Source of the DNA: Yuukianura sp. NJ FZ-2021
Taxonomy: Eukaryota
Direction: 5' to 3'
Length of the DNA stretch: 64,000 bases
NCBI GenBank assembly: GCA_046563655.1
Contig: CM102288.1
Span: 4,960,001 to 5,024,000 of the forward strand
Numbering within the stretch: position 1 is the stretch's first letter; each line of letters starts with the position of its first letter. The notes under the pieces were generated by a model. It did no database searches. It was not told the origin of the DNA and worked only from the letters and a program-made list of their open reading frames with translations. Positions 38,130 through 50,341 of this stretch are shown here, piece by piece. The translations under genes were made by a program, and so were the position numbers.

Positions 38130-39506
38130 CCTGCACATAAGCTCCTGGGAACGTCCGATTAGAGTCCCAAAATACTATTCGGGACGTGAGCCGTTTGTTC
38201 TCTCCCCCGGACCTCCCTCGTATTTTCGCATTAGGACATGTCCGCAGAAATTAATGAATCTCCCAATAGTGTCCCAGGGATGACCCGCTCGGAATCAAAT
38301 AAAGTCATGTGACTTTTGCCCCTACGCAGTTTAATTTTAACTTTCCAGGTGATCCTAACGCATTACATCACCATTTGCTCACTGCTTTTGTCTATTCTGT
38401 CTCAAGTCAGTATGAATTTTATTGATTCTAAAAATCAACTAATTTAGTTAAAGTTAACTCGTTTGGAGATTTTTGTCGCAGCACTAGAGAAAACAACAGT
38501 GTACAGAATTCTCACGGATACGATTACTTCGGTAAGTATTGCAAAATCTTTGATACGATTATACCACTCAGACTTTGCACTCATGTGTTTACACAGCAAT
38601 TACATTTCGGTTAATTTGAGATTATTGTTTCATTAGTGGTTTGCAGTCCTACCATTGTTCATTTCAAATGCCTCGTAAAACAATTGGCAAACAGAGACAG
38701 GCACATGACTCATCTTCCAGTACAATCGTTGGAAAAAGCAAGCGACATTGCAACGTGTGACGAGCTTGAGCTGAAACTTACTGAAGATGAGTTCAGACAA
38801 TCAGCTGTAAGTCTGTTCAACGTTTCGTTGTAAATGAGAATGTAAAAACTGTCATAACACTATTTTCGTTTGATAGATTGCAAAGCTACTGGAGTTAGGA
38901 GGAAACAGCTGCTAAACAACTAAACTGTAAGAGGGATAATGACAGCACTATGGACGGAGGACTTGCTTCGACAGTTTAGTCTTCACGGGAGAAAAGGAAA
39001 AAGGCAATATTTACAAATACAAGCTTACCAATTGGTACTCTGTAAGTTGTTTCTAAAATTTCGGTGATTTCGATTAGAAACTGAGATTTCAGAGGTTTAC
39101 TCTTTCTTTGATTTCAGATTGTGCTAAACGTAACATGAGGGTGAAGATGGATGAAGCGGAGATACGGAAGGCAATTTCCAGTGTTTTTAGGCATACTTAG
39201 TACTCTTGCCATCATTCACATGCAATCCTTTCAATTAAAATAAAATTATTTTTGTCAAAAAATGTAAACTTTGTTTTTATTTATTATTTTTCGCGCGTCT
39301 AGAATGTACGCGTGGGTTAGCTCCATGGTACATCCCAAAACGATCTCCCATGGAGCAAAAAGAAGTTGGTCCCAGGGAGTTTGAAAAGTGGGCATTTCGG
39401 ATGTTTACAGGCAGTTATAGGGAGTTTCAGAATATCCCTGGGATTTGATTGGGACATTCGGTTGAAATCCACGGGATGTTCATGGGACGAAGTTGTGCTA
39501 ACTGGG
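38130..39506 (+). mobile_element. Non-autonomous DNA transposon (CMC/EnSpm-like) with a 2-bp GG TSD; present in unit 1 only
   Basis: Empty site taacGGgataa in unit 2 (48553-48563); right end gttgtgctaactggg; gggac/gtccc subterminal repeats; left end degenerate. Confidence 0.75.
38636..39200 (+). pseudogene. Frameshifted, intron-containing DUF4806/BEN-like gene remnant inside the transposon
   Basis: LLELGG..(frame break)..TVRGIMTALWTEDLLRQFSLHGRKGKRQY...EAEIRKAISSVFRHT*; stops in the spliced frame near 38913. Confidence 0.5.
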
Positions 39507-39916
39507 GGGATAATTCCCGGGTTCCTTTGAACGGAATAAGTTTACCTCTTCTTTTCACAAAAAAAAACAAAATTAAGGTTTTTTCTATTGTTTGAAGACC
39601 GGACGTCTTAATGACAAAAATTCCGACCTTGTTCTCATTAAATGCTACCGTGTAGTTTGCTTTATTGTTTCATGCATAAAATTGAACCTTGAGGGGGCTG
39701 TACACGTGGAAGCAACAGGCTGCAATTAACGTAAATGAAATCTGTTCAATATGTACAATGTTATGGTACAGTAATGTACAGTAATGTACCTAGAATGGTA
39801 TAAATGCACAATGTGCTAAATTAAGCCCATAAGTTATAGGGTTGAGTATGGCTCAAAGTCAAAAGGTTGCAAACAAAAACCTGAACCCTGCTATGCACTG
39901 TTTAAAAAATTAGCAG

Positions 39917-40254
39917 ATGGCAACGTCACAAGGAGATTCTTATGGCCGTGGCCACGGACAGCATGGCAGCGGACACGGAATTCCTGGCGGGAAGCTGGGC
40001 GTTGTAGGTGGAGCAGCAGTTGCTGGAGCAGGAACGGCATTGGCGGTACAAATTTCTACTCAGAAAAATAATAATCAGATAAAGTTTAAACACGTTTAAT
40101 GAATTCAACTGTTTCGTGTTTTATATTAAAGATCCAACTACTTCCCAAGAAACTAAAGAAAAACAAATTGGTCAAATACGGTCTTCCACTCGCAGGCGCT
40201 GGAGCTGCTGGATACAAATTGAACCAAATGAACAACCAAGGCGGGAAATATTAA
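39917..40254 (+). CDS. 5'-truncated duplicate (exons 3-4 only, 83 aa) of the glycine-zipper-like gene; possibly a pseudogene
   Basis: Exon 3 begins with an in-frame ATG; frame and splice sites intact; exons 1-2 lie outside the duplicated unit. Confidence 0.45.
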
Positions 40255-40866
40255 TTTTTTTCACAAGCTTACCATTAACTTAAGCCAGAAGTATATATAA
40301 TAGAATTCAGCATGTTGTAGTAATCTTACATTCTAATTCAAATGACCTATCAATTTAATTAAGAACGAGTAGAATTTGTCGTTGCCCGATTTTTTTAGTT
40401 TCGTGGGAATCGTCTAACCATCATCTTATTCATCCTTCTTTGTCTGTCTGTCCGTCTGTCACTCCCGTTCAAGGTTATCGCAAAAAATACTGGACCGCCT
40501 AATTAGTTCGAGCTAACCGGCTCTCAGCGGTTGCCTGTCCTTCAAAGTCATTCGATTATCTTGTCGTGTACCTATTATAAAATAATTAGTGCAGCAGAAA
40601 TAAAGCATTATTGTTATTGTTGCGTTACTACATTAGCTATGGCTGCAATCGTGAAAATAGGCCTAGAAAGACAAAAATTGTTTGATTATATTATTTCCTA
40701 ATTATACTGGTCATTAATTCGTCCCGTTGATCACCACATTTGCTCTAAATTATTACCATCATACAAATTTTTCAACGTATTTAAGGAATAAGGTTTGTAA
40801 AAAAAACGCTTTTAAGTTTGCGGTGTAATTCAAACACCTTATATTTAGAAGCAAAAAAAAACGAAA

Positions 40867-42867
40867 ATGTTGCCTGTATTTTTACCGCTGATTATAGGCG
40901 TAGCAGTGTAAGAAACACTTCAGTTTTGAAAAATTTTGCTTTCCTTAATTACTTTAACAAAATAAGAAATGTGTTAATTTATTGCAATTTGAAAATAACA
41001 TAGTTTTAGGGAGGGAATTGCAGCGGATCCACCTAATGTGTACAGATCATACCAAACAACAATTTACTGCAATGCATCTGTTCCAGTCCAAACTCCGGCG
41101 GATGTTGGTGAACTGCAACAAATTGTTCAACAGGCAATTGCCAACGGCCAAACAGTCAAAGCATTTGGACCGAAACATTCCATCACTGACGTCATTTGTA
41201 CTTATGGAGTTCCCATTTCTATGCTCAACATTGACTACGCACGCGTCAATTCCGACGGCACCGCAACTTTTGGCGCAGGAATAACACTGTCAAATGCTAT
41301 GCAGTTTCTTGAAGCTCAAAACTTGTCGCTTATACTAGTTCCAACTTTCGGTAAGTTCGAAAAACTTCTCTGGAATTTGAATTGAGAAAGTTTTGCACCA
41401 GTTTTTGAATTTTTCATGACATTAAAATATTGACTTTCAAAGGTGGAATTTCCATTGGCGGAGCCATTGGGACAGGAGCGCATGGCTCTTCTCTGCGTCA
41501 TCCGTCATCCCTGTCAGACCAAATCATGCGCATGAGCGTAATTATCGGAAACGGCTCATTGGTTGAAATAGCCGGCTCGGAACTCGATCTGTTCCGAGTA
41601 CATCTCGGTCTCCTTGGAATAGTCGTTGATGTCACCTTTAAAACTGTCCCGTTGTTTAAAATGACTGTTCAAAACGTACTGATGAATGACTCTTTGTTAT
41701 TTGACGGATCCATTCCTACTACTGCTGAGCAGTACGATTTCTACCAACTCTGGTGGTTTCCACAATCAAACGGCATTGTCGTAGGAACTGGAAATTATAC
41801 TTCCACAGAAACCCCGGGAAACGCCTACTCAAATTTCATTCCACAGGAAAATCGTTTAACAATCGGCATCGGAAGTGGTGCATTTGAAAAGATGCAAAAG
41901 GAACGTGCCACGGATGCGCTTGTAGGGTTTTCGGCTATGACCGAATTGTCGCTATTTAAAAGAGTTTTTGGAAAACCGCCAATTTTTTCTGACAATAACA
42001 AACTCGCTAACCCTGCTACCGGTTATGCTTGGCGTCTTCAGTCAAATCTTTGTGAGGAAAAACTGTGGACAAGTTGCAGTTGGCAAAACGGAGACGATTC
42101 GGTATTTCCCGAAGAGAGTTCGGTGGCATTCGACATTTCAGAATTTACCGGCGTTATGACTATGATCAGAAACATTGTGAAGGAATATCCCGCTGCGTTT
42201 GCTCTCGTTGGACTGTACATTCGTTTTGCGCCTGCGTCGCCCGCCACAATGGCAATTTCCACTGGCAGAACAACTTTTACAGTAGAATGGGCGACACCCA
42301 TGCGCAAGGATCCATTCAACTCTCCCAAAGATGGCATTGCTACATACCAAGCTATTTTACAAGAAATGGTTGTTAAAAAAATTATATTAATTTATGCTTT
42401 TTTACAAAATTTTAAGCATTCCGTATTAATTTTAGGTGACCAATTATGGTGGTAGACCGCATTGGGGCAAAAATGGGCTTCACTTTTTATCGGAATCGGT
42501 GATTTCCATGGCAGTCCCGAATAGGCACAAATTCATTTCTGCAATGAAAACGTACGATCCAAATGGAGTTTTTTCGAATGCCTTTGGACAGCGTATGCTT
42601 GGAGTTTCTGATGTCCAGGACAAAGACCCTCAAGCGACGCGTTGCGCATTACAAGATTACTGTGTCTGCGCATCCAACGCTGACTGTGGACCGTATCAAA
42701 TCTGTGGGGAAATTAATGGTTTCCCAGTTTGTAAAGATGATTCCAGTGTGACTGAAGGCATTTTTATTGTAAAACCAAATTACGTGTTTCCAAACCTGGA
42801 TAACTACACGGAAATGTTGGACATTGTTATGTCTTCGCCTTCGGCTACGTTTTCTATCCTATTTTGA
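40867..42867 (+). CDS. Secreted plant-type GULLO-like FAD oxidase, copy 2 (4 exons)
   Basis: Mature protein nearly identical to copy 1; same introns. Confidence 0.85.
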
Positions 42868-43140
42868 AATTCTGAATTACACATTCTTAATCACTGGGAG
42901 TGAAAAGTTCTTTGAAATAAAATTGAATGAAAGCAAAAAAAATAGTTTTAAGGTTGCGTAGAGTAATAATAATCTAAATTCAATTATATTTTTTCTAGGT
43001 TTCATTTTTTCAATTCAACAACATTTTTTTAGTTCTCAATTTATTTGCGTCGTTTCCAAACTTGCGACCGTCTTGTTGTTAAGACGTGGTTAAACTACAG
43101 ACTAAACTCTGTATGTTATGTCCTTTCTTTTTTCTAGTGA

Positions 43141-44701
43141 TTACTTGTACATGAGCAACATATTCATCGTCAATTGCAAGCTGTTGTGTATAGTTGAAAT
43201 TACAATTGAATTTTGAAAGGTATACAGAGACCCTGCTGTACAGACTATGACTGGGCATGAGCGTCGAAATGCTCTGAGCCACTTGGATTGTTGCGGCGTA
43301 ATGTCTATTCCGAGATATACATTGCAGTTCATATCCTCCAAGATAGCCGTGCTATCCTCCTGTACTTTTCCTGCAAGCACTAATGGCGCAATTGCTTCCG
43401 ACAGGCACCGGAAGTAGCAAGCAATAAAGATCAGGTACGCATGAACCGGGATCCAATACAGCTTAATAATTGCAAACAGCAGAATTGAAATAAGTCCAAG
43501 CAGAAACATTGGGTTCCAGGATAAGTAGAAGACGAAACTTTCCCTCAACAAATTCATTGTCCTTTGACATGTTCTGTAGTGTGTAAAAGTGGCCATAAGA
43601 CCGTCGATATCCTTGATTCCCATTTGGTTTCTGCCGGTACGCCCAACCCGCGCGTCTTTCAATTCCCGCCGCACCCACGCCAGTCCGAGGAAAACAGAAA
43701 TGGAGTTGAACGCCATCTGAAACAGCATCACAGTGACGCTGTACGTTTCCAGCAGGAGGTATGGCAATTTCCGGCTCCAGGGCTCTACGTCATCACCCGG
43801 GTTGACACAAGCAAAAATCAAACTTGACCAAAAGTTCGGCGTGCATGGAATTTCAATTAATCCGACACCATGAGCTATAATAAAAAAAAAGTATGGAAAA
43901 ATTTTTAGGATTCGTAACTTTCTTGCTTTTAGTGTGTGCTTTTTGAATAGAACTACTTTTCTGTGCAAACGATGTGAAAAAAAGTTTGTTTGTTTTTTTT
44001 TTTGAAAAAAAAAATTAATAAATTACCGGGCCCATTGATAGCGATGATAAAGCCGGTAAAAATTGTACACGCAGAAACAAAGTCAGTCTTTGTTTGTTCA
44101 CCTGTAAGTAAAATTTAATGTACTTATAATCAAAATATGCACAAAAATTTAAAAAAAGAAAAAATAAACTTTTCCTAAATATGCCACTTAAATACTTTAA
44201 CTTAAAATTCGTCTTCACAAAACTCCTGAGATGTAACTTCTGTTCCTAACAAATTATTTGCAGAAATATTATGTTTTTATCAGCCTAATTGTTTAACTTT
44301 TTTCATTCCGAATTTTTTTTTTCAAAACCGAAATTCTCACCTCTGTGTTTAATGACGTAAGCCCAGAATGAATTGACAAACTTCTTGATTTGCATTCCAG
44401 TCAGTTGGAATTGAATGAAGCAAGTAGCATTGAGAAGATGAGCCAAAATCCAAACGCCATGAATTACTTTTTGACGTTCCGGAATTTCCTCCCAGTTGGA
44501 AGCAGTAGCAAATCGGAAAATAGTGAAGACTGTAATGATGTGTTGAAATATTCGATGAATGTCGTAAAGGAAAATGTGGAACCGTGATGCCTGTCGAAGC
44601 TCAAACCGAATTGGATCCCATTTGTATGGGTAGATTCGGAGGACGTTGCACCCTGCGTGCAATACAAAACTCATAGAACGAATTGCTCGTTCTGTTAGCA
44701 T
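43141..44701 (-). CDS. Divergent 7TM chemoreceptor-like, copy 2 (3 exons)
   Basis: Protein nearly identical to copy 1, with mostly synonymous changes. Confidence 0.6.
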
Positions 44702-46742
44702 GATTATTTGTTGGAAACTATGCGCAACTTCTTGCGGAAAAATTCTTTTTATATACGCCCGAACTTTTTATTTCGTGACAGCAAAGATTAGAGAAAATTA
44801 ATAAAAATTGGCTTGGATATCTTTACATCGAATCACTAATTTTCTAGGAAAAGAAAAATTTTCACCAAAGTTATTTCCGTGCAATTATGGTTATTACGAA
44901 AAAATTTGAATTATTTAGTGGCAGTGGAAACGAAGAATAAATAATTGTTAATTAGTTATAAACAGAGATGTCAAAAATATGTGCTAAAAAACCCCGAAAT
45001 ATGGACAAAAAAAATATGTTTCTTAAAAATCGCCCAAATATTTACTTATTTAACATTAAGGGCAGGGGCAAATAAATAAATATTTAGAAACAAAAACCCC
45101 CCAAATATTTTTTTTAACATTACGGGCATGGAGACTAAATATGTTTGACATCTCTGGTTATAAAGTAACAGCAAAAGTTCCAGAAATCGCACTAATTCCT
45201 GCTGAATTTTGTACAAGAAAATTGTCAGCCCACAAAGCATCTGATTTACAGCGATAGCTTACCAAAACACGACTAAACGCCGGACATTTTGATAACTCAA
45301 TATTTTTACTATTACTACGAAGCGGATGACAGGACAAACTGACAAGGACAACTGACTGACGAGAGAGTGGTGAAAACAAAGAACGAAACCGAATTCGTTC
45401 AAATTTTGAAAATTTAATATTTTGATCATTCCCACTAGAATCACAACTCGCCCCACCTCACATTTTTACGTAGTCTGTGAACAGTAACATGTAACCACGA
45501 AAATCATGAACTCTGACCCAATCTTCCGGTACACTTCTTGAAGAATTGGTACGACGCTCAGAAAACTACAGCCAGCTTTTCATTCCTTTTCGTATTAACA
45601 CATGCTGCTGTAACAGCGGGCATTTTTTTTTAAAACAAATTCTCAAATGCTTTGCCATAGAAGGCAAAGTAAGCACAAATCCTATGATATGTGAAACAAA
45701 ACCTTCCAGAAATACTCTAATTTCTGGGAGAAACTTTAAGTTTTGGTGAACAAGCTGCCCGCTGCGTTAGTTAGCAGCGCCCGCTAATGCGAAAAATGTG
45801 GCTGTAGTTTTATAAGCATCGTACCCATCTTTCATGAAGTGCCCCCAAAGCCTAATCGAAAAATTCCAGTCTTGTACTGTCTTCCGTCTTCCGGTTTTCC
45901 GAAGAGAAACTGCTGATTCGTCTTCCAGTCTTACGTTTTCCAGAGATTGTTTCGTCTTCCGGTCTTCCGTCTTCCAGAGCATTTTTCGTCTTCCGTTCTT
46001 GCGGCTTCCGTCTTCCAGCGAATTTTTTGTCTTCCGTCTTCCAGAGAATTTTTCGTCTTCCAGTCTTCCGGAGGGTGTTTTGTCATAGTCTTCCGACTTC
46101 CATAGGCTGTTTTGCCTTCCGTCTTCCAGAGAATTTTTCGTCTTCCGGTCTTCCGTCTTCCAGGGAATTTTTTGTCTTCTGGCCATCCGTCTTCCAGAGA
46201 ATTTTTCGTCTTCCAGCTTTCCGACTTCAAATCTTCCGGAAGTCGGAAGAATGAAGCCGGAAGACGTCTTCCATCCGGAAGACAGTACATCACTGCTAGT
46301 GATGTACTTTTTAACAACCAACGAAAAATAGAAATTAAAATGAAAAACTTACACGTTTTTAATTTGAATTGCGTCCGTGGTGGAAACGCGACCTTTTTGA
46401 AGAATTTAGAAGTGAACTGATTTTTTTTACGATATAATTTTCCTCGTTATCGGTTTGCCACTGTTTGACCAAAATACACTGCAGAACAATACTCCAATTA
46501 ATTGCAACCTTTTTTTTGGCGACAGCTGGATAAAACTGCAGGGTTTAACCATCGTTTAACCAAATTATACTACAGAAAGTAAGTTATAGAAAACCATAAA
46601 TACCAATTCGAGAACAAAGGTCAATGGAATTGCATTTTTTTTATTCTTTTTTTTTTTTGAAAACTACAGTCTACTAAACGGCGAATTTATATCTGTGGGA
46701 AATCCAAGAATCCGGATGAGGTGAAAGGCAGGCCGGTTGTGT

Positions 46743-48328
46743 TCAATTTAGCGGGCACTTGTTTGACTGGTATTTCACGGTTTTCAAAACGAGCGGTGCA
46801 TCTTTGCCTGGCATCTTTGTAACATCGAATCCCAAGCCTTTAAAGTGTTTCAACATCTTCTTTTTGAATTTCTCATCCTTGTCCTCGTTGGAGGCAACCC
46901 AGAAGAATTGGTCATACCCAAATACGCACATGACTCCAGCTAAGTACGTCTTGTTATCCGTCTTCGTCAGAACAAAGTTACCACCAACTGCAAGCATGCA
47001 CAATTTGTTTTATTATTCTGGCGATGCATATCTATGTCAGATTGGGACTAACAAGAGGTGTCAAATTCCACCTTAAATGTGTATTAAATCAACAGCGCAT
47101 GGCAGGTTCAAGTTTGCATTTCCAGGACGTTTTTATAATTTCGATTTTAAACAAGCAAGCGATACGCCCTTCACGTTCAATTTTGTGCATGGCACATTAC
47201 TTATCAGTAGTTGCACATCGATGTCGAATTTTGAAGCTGGGTAAATGATATTGTTATGTGACTTTGCAATTTCTGCATTTGTAAAAAACTGCACATGCAT
47301 CCTAAAAATGGTGGACTACTTGGAAACAAATTGAGGGGTTTAGACAAAGAAGTGCAATATTGTTGCTACGAGAAATTGTATGAGAAATGTTATGTAAAAG
47401 AGATTGAAATAACAAATCGAAGTAAATTGTCTTCTTACTAACACGAAATATTAGGCCTCTCTTCGTCTAAACCTTTCAATTGAGCATACTTGAAAACGTA
47501 ATAATTTTGAGGCGAGTGCAAAGCGTTCAGAACTCAATTTGAACAACATTTTGGTTTAAACCTTTTAACATTTTCGTTACTGAACATTTTACCACTTTTT
47601 TCGTTACTGAACATATGCGTGACCAAAAACGCGCATATCTCCGCACTGAAAATTAAAGGTGCATGTGAAATTGAAATTTTGGTGCATGGTTCTTGAGAAA
47701 ACCGTTTTTCACCGTTTTTGTTTTGCGGTTTGCCGCCGGCCGGTCTAAAAGTAATATCAATTGTCATCTTCCCCAGAACACCATCGCAGAACAGCGTTCA
47801 ACCCTTTTGAGATTATCGTAAGGTTGATCTTATAGAAATTACAGTATAATAATAATAATAATCACAAAGAGAAATATCATTTCCTTACATGGTCTGTTGT
47901 CCGATTTCCCTGGAAGGAGTACACAGCCTCCTTGACCACTCGTGGAGTAAGTACATTCATAGTCAGCACTAAATGACTTCCCGTTCATGTCACCACCTAG
48001 CTCGTAGCACACCGTCTTTGGAACCGTTCGACCTTGAAATGGTCTCCATTTTTCATCCCCATCCTCGCAGTTGGTGCAGTCAGAGTGAAATACAAAGTGA
48101 AATTTTCCTTGTCGAACCTACAAAAAATATTAGAAATCCAAATTTTTGTATATTTTCTTTTAAAACTTTAGAGTACTGAAAATTTACAATTTGGAAAGGA
48201 AAAGATTATAAATTTCTTACAAACTCGTCTTCGAAAGCAATCTGTTTCTTGATGTCCAAACATTCCTTCATTCCGTCACTCCATGGCAATACGACGCATA
48301 ACAGGCCCAGCGTAATTGCGAACTTCAT
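46743..48328 (-). CDS. Secreted lipocalin-like protein, copy 2 (3 exons)
   Basis: Same exon structure as 36311-37886; many amino-acid replacements. Confidence 0.65.
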
Positions 48329-50341
48329 TGTTCAATCGGTTCGTTCCAAGCTGTAAGTCCTCCCTTTCAAAGAAATAAATAAGACTGATGCTGAATTGCA
48401 TATTCAAGAGCGTTTATAAAGCTGTTCAAACAATAGCACAATGGAAGCGAAATTACACAAGGCTAAACTTATCGTGTTTGAAATTGTCGGCAAGGTTAAG
48501 CAATAAACAATTGAAATTAGTCCGCTTGTTCAAATATGCCGCCGTATTGTAGTAACGGGATAATTCCCGTGTTCCTTTGAACGGAATAAGTTTACCTCTT
48601 CTTTTTACAAAAAAAGAAGGACAAAATTAAGGTTTTTTCTATTGTTTGAAGACCTGACGTCTTAATGACGAAAATTCCGACCTTGTTCTCATTAAATGCT
48701 ACCGTGTAGTTTGCTTTATTGTTTCATGCATAAAATTGAACCTTGAGGGGGCTGTACACGTGGAAGCAAAAGGTTGCAATTGACGTAAATGAAATCTGTT
48801 CAGTATGTACAATGTTATGGTACAGTAATGTACAGTAATGTACCCAGAATGGTATAAATGCACAATGTGCTAAATTAAGCCCATAAGTTATAGGGTAGAA
48901 TAAGGCTCAAAGTCAAAAGGTTGCAAACAAAAACCTGAACCCTGCTATGCACTATTTAAATGTTACACATTTAAGGCGGGCATTGACGCCTTCATTAACT
49001 CTCAATTTAACAAAATACATAAACATACTTTGAAATAATCACCAGATCAAAACTTGTTTAAAAATATTTTGGGTGTAACCGACACCAAATCAAGTTCGCG
49101 GAGCCAATTTACAGCGGTTACGTAGAGTAACCGCCAATTCTTGCGCCAATGTAAGATTTTGAGTGCAACGTAGGCATAGTAAAACATTTGAGTCACACAT
49201 AACCCATAGAACTGAATTAAAAGATTGAACAAGAAAAGTTCCAACGCGTTTTCTGCAAATTCACTGTCCGGTGTTGAATTAATATAGGACGACATTGTAA
49301 GTTACAACGAGGGAACATTGCCAACTTGTCGTCGAGTTTTTGAATTTAAAGAATTCGGTGATATTCTGTATGTCAACTGAAAATTTTCAAATTTTTCATA
49401 GTCAGGGGACTAACATAAGCAAGGTCTGGTTCACAGAAAAATTCATTTTATGTTCATCTGAAATGAACATTTTTTAAACATCTCGTTCATCCAAGGTTGC
49501 TGTAGCGACCAGTCTACAACCAGTCTACAAGTTGTAGAAAAAGTTTTTTTTTTTGGTTTACAAACCTTGCGTTCATCTACTTTCACTGTAAGGTTTGTTG
49601 ATTGATTTTTCCAAACTTTTTGAACCCCATTGGTATTGGTAGCGGTTAAAAATTTTTAACAGTCTGCGCCCAACATTAATCTTGAGATTTTTCAGAGTCA
49701 ATACGGCGACCCAAACGTTAGTCTTGGAAGTGATTCCATGACCATGGAGTAGTAATGACACAACAACAGCCTTCATTAAATATGATGAGGACATATATTT
49801 AATGAAGGTTATAGTCCTTACGAATTTTTTCAACTTTTCAAAATTGGGCTACTTTTAATATTTTAGCAAACGGTTTTTTAATTCACTTTACCTTTTTCAG
49901 TACTGGCTCTTTTTGTTCAAATGTAAAAACTCCTTTGTATTGTATTCCGGAAGAAAAATTCTTCAGTGTGGAAGCTTTTTTTTAAGTAAATATTGAAAAG
50001 GATTGAGCGGATATGTGAAAAAGGCGGAGTCAAATGACTCTTAAACCGAAGTTTTTTTTTTTGTAATTAAATTTGAAATGGACAGCTTTCCTTGCTTATT
50101 TTTTTGTGTTGAAAAAGGAACCGCTTGAAAGTTTTAATATCAGTGACGATACCTAAAGTTTATTTTCATTTTCGGAGAAACTACAAAACAGCAGCAGAGG
50201 TACAAGTCTTTTGATTAGGTTTCTCAATTAAGTTGGTTAATTTTTCAAGTAATTCCATCACAACAACCTTAGGAAAAGATAACCAAGCGAAAGCTATAGT
50301 CCCAAACAATCGAAAACTTGAGCAAATTAAAAGAGCACACC

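Larger units (their letters stand above)
29034..48960. repeat. Head-to-tail tandem duplication: unit 1 ~29034-39900, unit 2 ~39901-48960
   Basis: Colinear near-identical sequence and ORFs; the junction aaccctgctatgcactg|tttaaaaaattagcagATG joins the unit end (cf. 48940-48960) to the unit start (cf. 29034-29054). Confidence 0.95.

Noticed and set aside
29997..42867. Oxidase genes as contaminant sequence, or as the canonical animal GULO orthologue
   Set aside because: They have host-like introns and are interleaved with arthropod genes; HWGK, the signal peptide and the Cys tail differ from animal GULO, so no gene symbol was assigned
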